The notes under the pieces are model-generated. The model had not been told where the DNA came from, made no database searches, and worked only from the letters and a program-made list of their open reading frames with translations. A stretch of 54,816 nucleotides of DNA, counting the filler, from Sphacelaria rigidula (taxonomy: Eukaryota), in NCBI GenBank assembly GCA_964200075.2. It is 5 parts of 5 records of this genome, joined end to end, with 100 filler letters (N's around TTAATTAATTAA, not from the genome) between each part and the next. Parts side by side here need not be neighbours in the genome. Positions count along the whole stretch, not along the records: positions 1 to 10,884 come from CAXNAA020005740.1; positions 10,985 to 21,868 come from CAXNAA020005741.1; 3 more parts are not named here. One strand, written 5' to 3'. This document shows, in pieces, positions 1-12,009 of this stretch. The number at the start of each line of letters is the position of its first letter. Positions within the stretch are counted from its first letter, which is position 1. The translations under genes were made by a program, and so were the position numbers.

Positions 1-6
1 TGGGGA

Positions 7-70
7 AAACACTATTTTAGGCTTGGACCTCATCTCGGAGTTAAACCTCAATTCGCACAATTTGTTGTTA
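7..70 (+). repeat. Arm of the hairpin repeat family at the contig start
   Basis: Near-identical inverted copy at 10820-10884; also similar to the right arm of the 4596-5014 hairpin (aaacact(a/g)tttta(g/a)gcttg...). Confidence 0.8.
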
Positions 71-2661
71 AAAAGCTAGAGCGGTTTGCTTGAAGAGCTC
101 TAGCATCGTGTTTCTTCGCGCCCTTGGGGAGGCGAGAAAAGCGCGTTCTCCAAGCTTTTCGCAGCCGATTTAGAGCTTTCAAAAATATTTTTTCTCACGT
201 TCCTTCCATTGTTCCACATACTCAAGCAACTATCGATGTGCACATTGCTACGGCAAGTCAGTGATACGAAATATTTCGGGTTTAGAGAGCGGAACAACAG
301 CAGCACTGGGCTGCGGCTGCGCACCTTGGGAGTTAACCCAACTTATCTCAGACAAGACGCTTTTGGTCAGCGCTTGACGGCGTGGGTCACGAAAGAACGA
401 CAAGTAGTTCATATCTTAACAGAACGCCCTTGCTCATGGTGAAACGTTATCTCGCGTCAAGCAATGTTTGTGGTGTCCTCGGCAGACTGAATGACGATCG
501 AAAAATTAAGGTATGACCCCTCTCCTGAGGGCATATTGTACACTAGGAAGAGCGCACCGGAGCCCACAAACTACAGTATGCCAGCCCCCATGTAGACGAC
601 ACCAGCAGCAGCTAGGCCACTGCCACAGGTGTCTTGTTTAACTAATTATTCCAAGAAAGCCTCCATGGTCGTGGGTGTTTTTCTGCATGAGCCTAACAGC
701 GATCTGCATTGATGCTATTCTGGAAGCAAGCAGCTGTACATGATGACACTTGCTATAATACCGAGCCACACACCTGCCCAGCCGCCAACACAAAGAAGCT
801 AGGCAATCAACGGAAATGAACAAGGCAAAGATGCTTTTGTCGATCCAGTTTTTCACACAAAAATAACGAAATTCCAAAAGCAAAAATTTTATCCCCACCG
901 CGATACTGAACTCCATTTTTGAAGAGGCGCGTTTTACGCTTATCTTCCCTGATTGAAGTCTGCATTCGGCTGCAAGACGTTCGCCTGCATTACAATACCG
1001 TGGATGCGCTTATCATCATTTGTATCGCCTTTGATGAAAACAGCGAGCGATTTGTCGTCGACATGAGGTTGTGAACAGTCACAATCAATCCCACGGTCAT
1101 AGTTTTACTCTCACTTTTTATCTTGAGACGACGGAGCTCAAACTCTATATTCCAAGCTCATATACCAGCACTTGGTTGCATATTTGTCAACATTCTAGCT
1201 TGATTTTGCTTGAATGGTGGTAGATGTTACCTTGCTGTACATTGGAGAGGTGCTAGATCGGTGCACGTGTCTTGAACCCTCCGACAGAGTTTCACCTCGG
1301 AACAGCTTCATTGGCGGATTGCTCAGGGACATCCGAGGGTTTTCAGGGGGCAGGGGATGGTTTTTGGCAGTGGGTGGGTGCCTGTTCGCGGAACAGTCGG
1401 AAGGCTCACGAAGTCAACCATATGTGCTTGGAAGTTTCCCGCGGAATAAAGTAAGCCAAGAACGAGACCCAAGAGAAATGCAAAGACCATTCGTATCAAT
1501 CACAGTCATAAAAGTGGTCATTTTTTCTTCCACAGGTGAAGCGCTTTTAAATCACCGTATAGTCTAGCGGTATTTGACCATTTGATCATAACCATTCAAC
1601 CAAGATAATACAGGCAACGAGAGCGCTTTTTACGCTTCTCGCGGTATTTGCCGCCTGACCCTCTTCTGTTGCCAACATCGCTTCATCCTGCCTAGTATCG
1701 TTGCGCAACATTAAGCAGAGACATCAGCAGCATGTAATAGATTAGGTTCAGTCGAGAGCGATGCCACGCTGACTGTTTGTTCGGTAGTATCTAATTTAAT
1801 TTTTTCACGATCGCACGAGAGAGTGCGGCGAAATTGATTCGATCGCATTCGATCGCCGTACGCGCTCTGGGTCCGAGATGTGTTGCAATGTTTGGATCGA
1901 AAAAGACGGTGAAACTCGTGAAGCGGCACTTGTTCACTTGTAATCAGACGGTCTGTACTAGTAACTGTTTGTACTTTTTGCATGCTTGTTTGTGTTGGGT
2001 AGAGTAAGACATGGAATTGAAGTGGGCAATGTGTAGTAAAGATAGCGCAATACTGTCTGTACTCTGCTAACATGAAATAGATTTGAACAACGTGCTGTCC
2101 ATGAGCGCATACGCAATTGGGTTGCCCACCCTACAACGCGATTCCATCGCCGACCCCTAGCATCATGTTAGACGCTCAAGTGTCAGTCACTAAAAGAGAA
2201 ACACATCATGCCGGGAGGGGTTTAGTGCCGGTTCCCGATTGCTCTAGTGTATGTGTCCCTGCGCTCAGCTTGTGCTCCTTGCTGCAGAGCTGCGTTTTTA
2301 GGTGAGAATAAATTATGTTGGGTTCGCATGGTTCTAGAACGGGTGGTATATGCAGTTGTCTGCAAGAGGAAGAGTAAAGCACCCACAATGATGTAGAACT
2401 CACCCCGCCAGAGTGTAAACCGCTGTTATGTTCTTGACGTCACCCGGACAACATGTGCATCGCTGACTTATCTTCTATAATTCACCCGGTCTAATATGAC
2501 CCGTTGAGCAATGCTCACACCCTGGACAATACAATATGTTTCCAATATACATTTTTGCTCGATCATACAGGAATATTCCAATTTTACAAAGTAAATTTGG
2601 TTTCTGCTGCAGGTAAACTTTCGACTGACCGTCGTTTTTTTACTCCGCTTTGCGGCAGGAT

Positions 2662-2712
2662 TTCTGCGACTTGATTTCTGCAACTCGACTTCTGCGACTC
2701 GATTCTTGCGAC
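2662..2712. repeat. 14-bp tandem repeat, about 3.6 copies
   Basis: ttctgcgacttgat / ttctgcaactcgac / ttctgcgactcgat / tcttgcgac. Confidence 0.8.
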
Positions 2713-3060
2713 ACCTGTTTTGCTAGTTTTTTCTACTCTGAAACCCCATCGATTTTGTTTTCTTAATAAGTACGTCAAACAGAAACCGAACGCATCTTGC
2801 TCCAAGGAGCACCTGGACACACGGTCGTTGCTGCTGCCTACCTAGTATCATCCTCCAAATCGAACTCTTGGGTAAGATCCTCCAGCATTTGGTGCCCATG
2901 TACAAGGATGATCAATATCTAGTATCATGCTCCAAAACGTACCCGACAAGGGGGGGGATCCCCCGTACAGACAGTAGCAATGCTAGCGCTTCCTACGTTC
3001 TGATGGTCTCGCAACCGGCAAGGTGGTCATGGTAGTGTTTTTCTAGCGATATCAACTTAC

Positions 3061-3092
3061 AGGGTTAGGGTTAGGGTTAGGGGTTAGGGTTA
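3061..3092 (+). repeat. Short interstitial telomere-type (TTAGGG)n tract
   Basis: agggttagggttagggttaggggttagggtta. Confidence 0.85.
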
Positions 3093-3360
3093 AGAAGGTG
3101 CACTGGAGCAGAGTTTACAGGTGGATATTTCGGCGGGTGCCTCACCTGCAGTTCGCCCAGATGTTTCGAAGTTTCTTTCACGATATCAGTGAGAAATATT
3201 ACACATATTTACACGTGAAAATGAACCAGACTCTCCGTTACAATATAAGTCGAGATGTACCAGACCTGGCATTGTATATGAAAATGTACCCAAGTGTCAA
3301 CAAAATATTTCTACTGTCAGTACGAACACGATGTTGAAAGTGTACTGCGCAGAGTCAGAG

Positions 3361-3437
3361 TGTTGTGTGTGTCATCGTCCCCTCTGTCCTGAACGCTGGT
3401 CTCCACCTTTCGTATATACGGGCGCACCAGCCGCGGC
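3361..3437 (-). mobile_element. 3' fragment of SINE family 1 (or of a retroposon sharing its tail)
   Basis: Reverse complement matches the 3' end of the copies at 28326 and 51791 (ctggtgcgccc...agacc(a/g)gcgt...ggacga-(CA)n). Confidence 0.65.
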
Positions 3438-4595
3438 TGTGTTACCATATAGCTTTGCCCAAGATACAGGCAGCAATTACAATGGCGCAGGCGGCTATCC
3501 ACTCCTGCGTGCGCCACCGGGGGCAAACGCACGCTGTAGCTGCAACACGGACAGCTTTACAAAATATGACGGAGCGATATAGCGCGTAGCGGGGTGTTAT
3601 ATCCTGCGTTCACGCTGGCCGCGATACGAGCGGCTGCATTGATGTTGTGGCGAATTATTGCATAGGACAACGCGGAATCAATGCAGGTCAAGGAAAGGCT
3701 AAGGATGTCATATCCTGGGATGTGCTTCGTCACCCTGCACCCTGCCGCTGTGCAGGGGCATGTAGTACCGCCGCAGGCATCACGCTGCGGTTGGTACGCC
3801 GTGTCGGCTCCACATCCATAGCGTAACGTCTGGGTTGAACTAAATAAAACGCACTGAATTGACGCGCGGGGCGCGTTATTTTCAAGCAACACGCGCGCTA
3901 GCGCGTGCGCGATTTTCCGTGTCAGTATTTTGCCGGGCAATGTTTTTTCTATCGCGAAATAGACGCCTCCGCGAGAAACGATGGATGATGGCAAATATCC
4001 TAATTTCGCCCCGAGGTTCCGCACACCTTGTGCATGCAGCTGCGGACCTAAAAGCTTCGCCCAAGTGCAACGGGTGGGCTCGAAGATGATCAAGGTGTGT
4101 TTATATACTGACAAGCAGTTCCTTTCGCAACTTGCACCGATAGTGGTGCTGTCTGCTTGGAGCATTTGCAGAATCCGTTCAGCCTAGGGCGAACACTACG
4201 TCCCTCCCTCGAACCTCACCTCCGGTGTCATGGCAGAGCACAGCGCTCGCATGACGCCACCGGTAGAGCCTAGGAGGGTGTTTTCACCGGTCTAAAGAGG
4301 TCAATCTTTCCAAAGCAAAAGGTTGTGTTGAAATTCATCCATGCCGTACGTTAAACGACGTGGTTGAAATAATTCAAACCTTTTTCGTGCACCAGTACAT
4401 GGGCCATCTGGATTGCCATATACTGCACCAACAGCACATAGCAGCGAGATAGAGCACACCACAGCGCAGCGCATCACAGTATAGTTCATCACAGTGCAGT
4501 AAACGTTCAGTGCAGGACAGAGCACTGTGCTATCGGCGAAGTATATAGAGTCTAGTGGAGAAATAGCTTCTGCTGAAAGACGTTCACAGTAAGAC

Positions 4596-5014
4596 ACAGG
4601 CAATTCTATGAAATGAGGTTGTACGATGAAATGAGGTACGAGTCCCAGACAGTGTTTTCGCCACACTTTCAGCGATGGTGCCCGATAACGTTTTTGTCAG
4701 CCTAATGCCCTTTGATCGCGAAGATACTTCTTCAGCGCATTTCACTGGCTCTGCGAGCATACAGCGCTGACCGAAACCGTCATTTTCCCTTATTATTCTG
4801 GGGGTATAGGGGTGATATCAGGGGAAGCGACGGTTTCGGTCAGCGATGTATGCTCACAAAGTCGGTAAAATGCGCCGGAAAAGTATCTACACGATCAAGG
4901 GATATTAGGCCGACAAACCAATCATGGATCACCATCGCTGAAAGTGTGGGGTAAACACTGTTTTAAGCTTGAACCTTATTTCATCGTACAACTTCATTTG
5001 ATCGAATTGCCTGT
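4596..5014. repeat. Long imperfect palindrome / foldback (MITE-like)
   Basis: Arms of about 185 bp align without gaps at roughly 80% identity by hand count; short central loop near 4790-4820. Confidence 0.9.
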
Positions 5015-5220
5015 TTCGAAGAAAACGCTATGTATAGTGCAAGTGTGCATATAGCAATGTGATGAAGGCGTATCTACATCTCCTGCACACAGTGGGGCCG
5101 TAATAAATCGACGGCTCGCGTTGTACAGAAGCGAATGTGCAATTCGCACTTAGTGTCTGCCCCGAGCAGGAGAAGGAGTTCAAGTTAGTAATCTGACACC
5201 CGGAATCAAAAACCCAACTC

Positions 5221-5699
5221 ATGGCGTCGATCGAGATTTCCGACGTTGACATGGACATCGATTTCGACTTCTCAGTTTTAATTGTACTTCAGCACCACGA
5301 TAGGACGCAGCGACCGTTACATGCTACAGAGAGCATATACTTCCGTCGCCACACGAGGCGAGGGCATGAGGGCGGCAAGGTAGATGACACGCTCGATCGG
5401 AAGCGTTGGTGTTCAACTCCCCACCCGACCACCCCCCTGTACATACACACGCGGCTGATGTGGAGGATCCCCAGGGCTAACCCATGGGATGCAACCTCCG
5501 GGCGCCTGCTGAGACGCCGCCCGGGGCAGTCCGAGTGTCACATACGCCACCTGAACCGATCGCGAGGTAAGGGCATCTTCACTCACTGTTGTAGTAACCC
5601 CGCGAGCTATCAAAGGTGATGACCGCACGCTCCTCGCTGCTTTCTTTCAGGCGATGACTGTGGCTTTCGAATCAAACGCAAGACGTGAGCATGCGTGGA

Positions 5700-5734
<35 letters not shown>

Positions 5735-7486
5735 CACACAAGAACCCCCGACCCCGACTCACTAACTCTTAAATATTGCACAGAACTAAGTTCTGGCACA
5801 CATACGCGTCGTTGCACGTCACGCGGGCAGGTAGTCAACCACCTTCGTATCTTCGGTTCCCATCCCACCCGGCACATGCCACAAATGTGGTTGAGAGAAG
5901 TTCTCGGCCGACAGGCGTATAACCTGCAGTGTCGATGTCAAACATGAAGGCAATTGCTGGCGGCCAGGTCGGCGACGAAGACGCACTAGGAGAGGAGCCC
6001 AGTCCCCGACCGTATGGAAAACACAGGGCGATCGCACTGTTTTTGTGACTCTGGAGCGCCAGGCGCGGTCTTCCATGGTGCACCCATACAAACCGAGGGG
6101 GCCGTGGGTGGGGGCGACGACTGGCGAAGCACGCAGGTTGAAAACGTGCTCGGCCGCCCGACGGCCAGCACGATTGGCTGACACCCTCAATCAAGGTAGC
6201 ACTGTTCGTTTTCACCTACCTGCTGGCCGGGTGCGATTTTTCACCACATGTGTCCGGGATTCCTTCCCTGAAGATGTGATATTTCGTTCTTAAGGCCATT
6301 CGCACGCCGAACCTCTTCACAAAAGCGATACTGGCGGACAAAGATGGGAGGCTCAGCGTGGAGATGGACGAGGGCGTGAAGCTGCTAGCTACCGTTTTCT
6401 TTTTTCAGGTACGAAAACGCTTTCGCACAAGTTGCCACGGATCCGGGAATTATGTTCACCAGGTGCGGGCAGGACTCGGCGTCGTACGTGAACAAGATCC
6501 GCTTGTGCATCACCACAGCGCATGGACACCAGCCTTCCCGCTGGTGCTTAGACTTGGACGCCTGTAATAACACGTCAGTAAGTCCGATGCAGTGTTCGAA
6601 TACTGGGCGGGAAGCTTCCTACGCAGCATGCCCCCAGTGGACTTCAACCGACGCCGGTGGGGCATTGAACCTGAGAGGAGGACTCGCCACAAGGGTGATG
6701 TAAAATCCTCGAGCACAGCGGGGGTGGAGCTGTCACGCGATAACATTGTGGTGTACTTGTCGAGTCACACATACGCAGACACACCCGGAAACCTGCAAAT
6801 ACTCAGAAGTGCATTTAAGCCGGAAAGGGCGGCGTCAAAACACAGATGCCGGAGTTGCAGGTGCTTGGGAAGCTGCACCCTGAGCTGCGGTTGCCAGGGT
6901 TACTGCTTCCTGCCCCCGCCCCCTCCGCGAGCGCGAGCTAGCAGCGCACCAGGGACACCTGTTGATACGACTGGTGGTGAGGAGCCTCGCTGGCGCGGCG
7001 ACGGGAGGGGGGTAGTTGGAGGATCGCACTCGGGACCAGATCCGATCAGTGAAACCGCCGGCGTAGATGGCCGCGCACGTAGGCGATCGCGCAATGGACA
7101 AGGCCGGTCAACAGCGAAGCATGGAAGGGGCGAGTCGGCTGCATCACGTGGAAGGGGCGCGGCAAGTGGAACGAGCAATGCGCCAAGGGTACCTGTTGAT
7201 ATGACCGACGGTGAGGGGCGTCACTGGCGCGGCGGCGGGAGGCAGGGGGTGGGGGGGAGCATGTGCGGGGCAAGAACCCATCGGTGGCTACTTTTGCGAC
7301 GGCGTATTAGATAAACCCGTCAGACACAAGCCGAGCTCTGCAGCCGGGATTTGGATTGGAGATTTGGATTCAAAATGCAGCGGGTGCGAAAGAGAAGACT
7401 CGGCATCGGAAGCGGGCGAAGACAATGAGGAAATTTCGCGTTCTGATTTCAGTCTGTGGAGAATATTAAGGCCGCTCTGTAGATAG
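5221..7486 (+). pseudogene. Degraded XPG/FEN1-like (H3TH) nuclease plus Cys-cluster gene, resembling the C-terminal half of an AcademX transposon protein
   Basis: From 6181: ...YLLAGCDFSPHVSGIPSLKM*YF...DEGVKLLATVFF; after a frameshift ...YVNKIR...LDLDA; after another frameshift **HVSKSDAVFEYWAGSFLRSMPPVDFNRRRWGI...HRCRSCRCLGSCTLSCGCQGYC (to about 6906); acidic tail near 7395-7450. Multiple stops and frameshifts. Outer limits are approximate. Confidence 0.6.
5700..5733. repeat. (TA)n(TG)n microsatellite
   Basis: Directly visible. Confidence 0.95.
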
Positions 7487-7860
7487 ATTGCGCAAATGTT
7501 TCTGTACAACTCAAGGCTGTTTTTTCCACTCTGTGGTCATGAGCCGTGTCTAATGTACATGGCGATGATGGTTCGTGCATATCCGGTACACCGTGGGGTG
7601 CAAACGTGTATTGGGGGTGATCTGGTTGCGCCCATCAGTGAATCGCCTGTGGTGCATGAGGCTGCACAATAATGTCAATCACATGCGTGTTTCAACGCAA
7701 GACAACAAATCTGAACGACACTGTCGTATGCCAGTCAACCTTTCGATTTACCGTGCAGCACTGCCAACGCTCGCGCCTCGACGCTATGGCGTTCGTGCAA
7801 GGAGAGAATTGCCGGGAATAAAAAACATGTAGATTAGTATTCAGGGGTATCGTAGTACAT

Positions 7861-8233
7861 CTTTCCCTCTTCGAAATTGAAATTTCCTCGCTTGAACGTT
7901 TTATACTCGTTGCAATGTATTTGTTTTGTACTCTCCTCTTGTTTTCCTTTTTCTTGCTTTAGGTCGGCCATTTCTTTCTGTGCTTTGCTTGAGTTGACTT
8001 TTTATTACTTGTTTTGTCACGACTTAGTCCGATATGTCGTTCTGTTCGACCCCCTCTTTTCTTTTCTCTTCCTCTTCCCATTTTTTCTGTGTCTGTTACT
8101 TTTTTCTTTTTCTTGTTTTTTTTTTCTTAGAGCGTGTTTGAGTTTCGTTTTTCTTGGGTACGTCTATCATGAGACCACGGCTGGACCCCGGGGGGGTCAG
8201 TTAAAGTGCGACCATCAATCAAATCAATCAATC
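7861..8233 (+). mobile_element. 3' UTR and tail of an RTE-like LINE (5'-truncated)
   Basis: Pyrimidine-rich UTR ending gtctatcatgagaccacggctggaccccggggggtcagttaaagtgcgac + (caat)n; the same end terminates the LINE at 46836-48692. Confidence 0.7.
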
Positions 8234-8243
8234 ACATGTGTGT

Positions 8244-8540
8244 GCCGCGCCCCGGTGGTGTGATGGTCCGACTGTCGCCATTAGGGTGGAAAGAACGGAG
8301 GTTCGCTTCCCGATGCGTTGGATTTCATCTTAATGCATGGTTTCCACCGTGGAAAGCGTGAGAACAGTAAACAAAGTAATCGACTGGGTTTGTGTGACGT
8401 GAGTTGACGCGGTGCGGGAGTGCAGACCCAATCCGCGAGACCAAAATGAAAGGCGCGTATCGGGGGGGAGATGGGTTGGTCCCTTGAGACCAAGGCCTCA
8501 TCCCGAGGAGGGGGAGGGGTTCAAAGTGTGAGGGAAAAAA
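8244..8540 (+). mobile_element. tRNA-derived SINE, family 2
   Basis: A-box-like tggtgtgatgg and B-box-like ggttcgcttcc; homologous over about 290 bp to 46534-46831 and 48041-48380. Confidence 0.85.
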
Positions 8541-10091
8541 GAAATGGACGACTGCTTTCGAAGAAAACCATCCGTTATTTTAGGACTTTCCCTGGGTGCT
8601 AATCCTAACCCTGAGGTTGTCACAAATCCTATCTGAGGAAGAGGGTGCCAGCACTTTCCGTCGCTAGTTCAGACCCCTGTAGGACTGACAGGAGGGATAT
8701 TCAAACTGCAGCTGATGCGGGTTCTCAATTGAAAAAAGACGGCTAGAATTTTGCAAGCGCATTGAACTGCATCCTTCGACAGCCTCACCCCGAAACCAGC
8801 TCCCAACACAGCCACGGCGGAAGTGGCCATACAAGGCGTGATAGCTGGTTCAGACTGGATAAAGCGCCTCGCATGGGCGCTACTGGCGAAACAATCCCAA
8901 GCGTGGGACTAACCCTCACCGCAGGTGTGTGTGTGTGCAGCTTCATTGTTGGGCATCCTTTTCATCCAACTCACGACTGTACTGTAGTGACGCTGTACTC
9001 TAGTGATAGTATATCTCAGCAGACTGCTGAATGATGCTGTGTTTCAAAGATCGCTGGCGTCTGTCGCCGTTTTGGGTCGTTTTGCTGATGGCGGTCGTCG
9101 CCGGCGTAACAGTATGAAGTCTTTCTGACATACTCGGCAAGAGGCGCTTGAAACTTCGATGACCAGTCCAAAGAAATATGTTTTCAGCATGCTTTGTTGA
9201 GTGTTCCGCAGCGCTTAGAGGCAAGTCCTGCTCAAACGATGCCGAACAATGACTGTGGCTTTCTGTTGGACTGCTCATTATGCTTGAGCTGCCGTACAGA
9301 AACTTCTGGGATAGGATTACATGGTCCAAACCGCTTGCGAATCGCGAGCCTATTAGACGAAACAAATGAAGTTTCGATGGCGACTCCAACCTCACCCAAA
9401 TGTTGAACCTCAAAAACGGATCCAGGCTGTTATTTCGTGAATGGCCCATTGTGATGAGTACTGCTGAATGGCACTTTTGTGGATGATGAATGCCCCACTT
9501 TGCTTGTTAGGGTGTATTGACTTTGGGCTGGACGTGACCATGGTGGTGAAGGTGGGCGTATGTCTTCTTCACTCCGCTATGAATGAACTCTGAAGAGGAT
9601 CAACGCTTTTCAGAATCTATTGATGCAAACGGCACTCCTACTCTGAAAACATCGCTCTGAAAAATGCCTCATAGCGGAAATTGCACCGTTACCGGCTATT
9701 TTTCCTTCCACTCTGAAACTAAGATTTGGAAAAACGTTTTCCGAAACTCTTTTTTACCAGAAAAAACTAAGGTATTCTCGAGTTGTTGTCCTGCGAGTAC
9801 AGGAAGTCGTGAAAAACTGTCAACACCCCCCTAGCTCCCTTTCGGACGTCAAATAACACAGATGAACGAAACAATAGTGCGACGAGCTGGGCCAACAGTA
9901 AATCTCGCATTTGCATGTCACACCATGAGTTATCAAGTTTCCAAATCAGCCCGACTTGAGCATATCGATATGCCTGCAGACCAACATGGTAACGCACAGG
10001 ACCGACGCTGAATGAATATATATATATATATATATGTGTGTGTATATGCTGCATAATGTATCACCTGACCGACGGAACAAAAAAAAGAACC

Positions 10092-10465
10092 TGTCGGGAT
10101 TCGAACTCGTGACCTGAATAATTGGAGTCAACTGCATCACTTGGATTGAAGGAGCGCAGCCGTGCCACACGAAGAGTTGGATGCTGCGCCAAATTCCTGG
10201 AAGTTTCGGCCGCGATTGCATGAGGATCTCCTCCACCGAGGAACGCACAACTACAGTAGTGATGCCCACTTATTAATTCATTTTTATGGAGAATCATTTT
10301 TATGGAGTTATAGCATTTCTCTAGTTTTTGCAGAAACTTCAAATCGCTAACCCTAAGTATATTTTTTATTCCTGGCATCCCCGGGAAGGTTGTGCGTGGT
10401 GATGAGAAACATATTGTGTCAAACGTTCAGCGTCTAACGCTTCGAATTACTCGAATGTTGCATCA
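10092..10465 (+). mobile_element. Divergent single arm of the tRNA-ended foldback family
   Basis: Shares tgtcgggattcgaactcgtgacctg, gtgccacacga, ggagttatagcattt, tagtttttgcagaaacttcaaatcgct and ttgtgtcaaa..ttcagcg with 18376-19705. Confidence 0.7.
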
Positions 10466-10819
10466 CGCTTTACATTCGTTGCATCACGCATTCGTGATGC
10501 AACCCACCGCCCGGCTCGGATACATTCGCAAGTTAATGTCAGCTGGCCCGGCTCGTACAGTATGTTCTGGCGTTGTTTGTTTGCCACGAGAACTGACCTT
10601 AGAGGCGAAGGGGTCACGGCCTTGCTGACGATAGTATGCGTGTGTTTGCACGCTATGTGTCGGGCAGTGACCTCTCACGCCACCGCAGCTTTACCGGCAT
10701 GCACATGTTTTCACTTTCTTCTCTGCTGACGGGCAACGCTGTTGTTTCCATGAAAGAATATGGGAGAATATATCTACGACTACGAACACACCTAAACTCG
10801 GCGCAATAGCCGACAGCGT

Positions 10820-10884
10820 ATAACAACAAATTGTGCGAATTGAGGTTTAACTTCGAGATGAGGCTCAAGCCTAAAACAGTGCTT
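10820..10884 (-). repeat. Arm of the hairpin repeat family at the contig end
   Basis: Reverse complement matches 7-70. Confidence 0.8.
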
Positions 10885-10984
10885 NNNNNNNNNNNNNNNN
10901 NNNNNNNNNNNNNNNNNNNNNNNNNNNNTTAATTAATTAANNNNNNNNNNNNNNNNNNNNNNNNNNNNNNNNNNNNNNNNNNNN
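10885..10984. other. Artificial contig spacer
   Basis: 44 N + TTAATTAATTAA (six-frame stops) + 44 N. Confidence 0.98.
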
Positions 10985-12009
10985 GTGTGTGGGGGGGGGG
11001 TGTCTTATCGTAGAAAGTACCTTTTATTGTTCTACTGCCCCTATTTCGTACGTCCAGAGCTGAGCTAGGCTAGTAATACAATAGGGGACAACGCGGGTAG
11101 CCCTGATTTCACTTGACTTGAGAACAGAGCTCCCCGCGTGGTTCCTATCCCCCACCGTACTACTACTAGCCTGGTTCAACTTTTGACGTGAAACGTGAAA
11201 CATGAACCTGTAGGGCCCTGAAAGGAGAAGGTCTGTTTGTTTGTCTGCAGGTTTGTTGCCCGAAGAAATCGCAAGTTTGCGCTGTCCTATTGGGAATCTG
11301 CGCCAGGCAATCCCAATTATTCTCCATCCACAAAATCTGCTATTTTCCCTGAAAATCTGCGACGTATTTCGTGTTTTCCTGCCGATTTTTTTCGCGACTG
11401 TTTTTCTGCGCAAAAATACGGAATTCTGTTTTGGCTGCGGCCGCAGATGGAGTTTTAGTGTAACTCTGGCCCCATCAGGGACGAGTTTGTGAGATTACAA
11501 CCGAGATGGTGATCTCCGTTGAACCGTGCGAACTCAGCTGCCGAAAGGAAGCCAGTAGCGTTCAGGATCCGATTTCAGGGGCGCAGAGCTCCGTGGGGGC
11601 TTCTACTGTCTGTGCGTGTACGGTACTGTCTGCACAGACGGTGCCGGACACCACTACACATCGAAATGGGATAATCGTTTTCACACAAGCCTACTGAATT
11701 CCACTCAGAACTTGTGATGAAGGAGCCGTGGGGGAGGGGGGGGGGTGATCTCGTTTGGTATTACAAGCAATCCCCTGATGGCTCGACACGATCCGTGCTG
11801 AGGGGAACTGGGCTCGGTGCTGATTCTTCCCGTGCTACATGTATTACTGTTGTACTGTGCAGTGCTCAGTGTACTCGGGGTATGGCGCGGTGTGGCTGCT
11901 TCCACTTCAATACTCCAACCCTGAAAGGGAACTTTTGAAGGAGTGCAAGATGAAGGGTTTACCCATGATCTTGCGATGCAACCGCAGGACACACACAACA
12001 CACACCCAC

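Noticed and set aside
430-920. Hydrophobic stop-interrupted frames on the minus strand
   Set aside because: No family motif or consistent splice structure could be identified
10929-10940. TTAATTAATTAA palindrome repeated four times
   Set aside because: Artificial six-frame-stop linker within the N spacers
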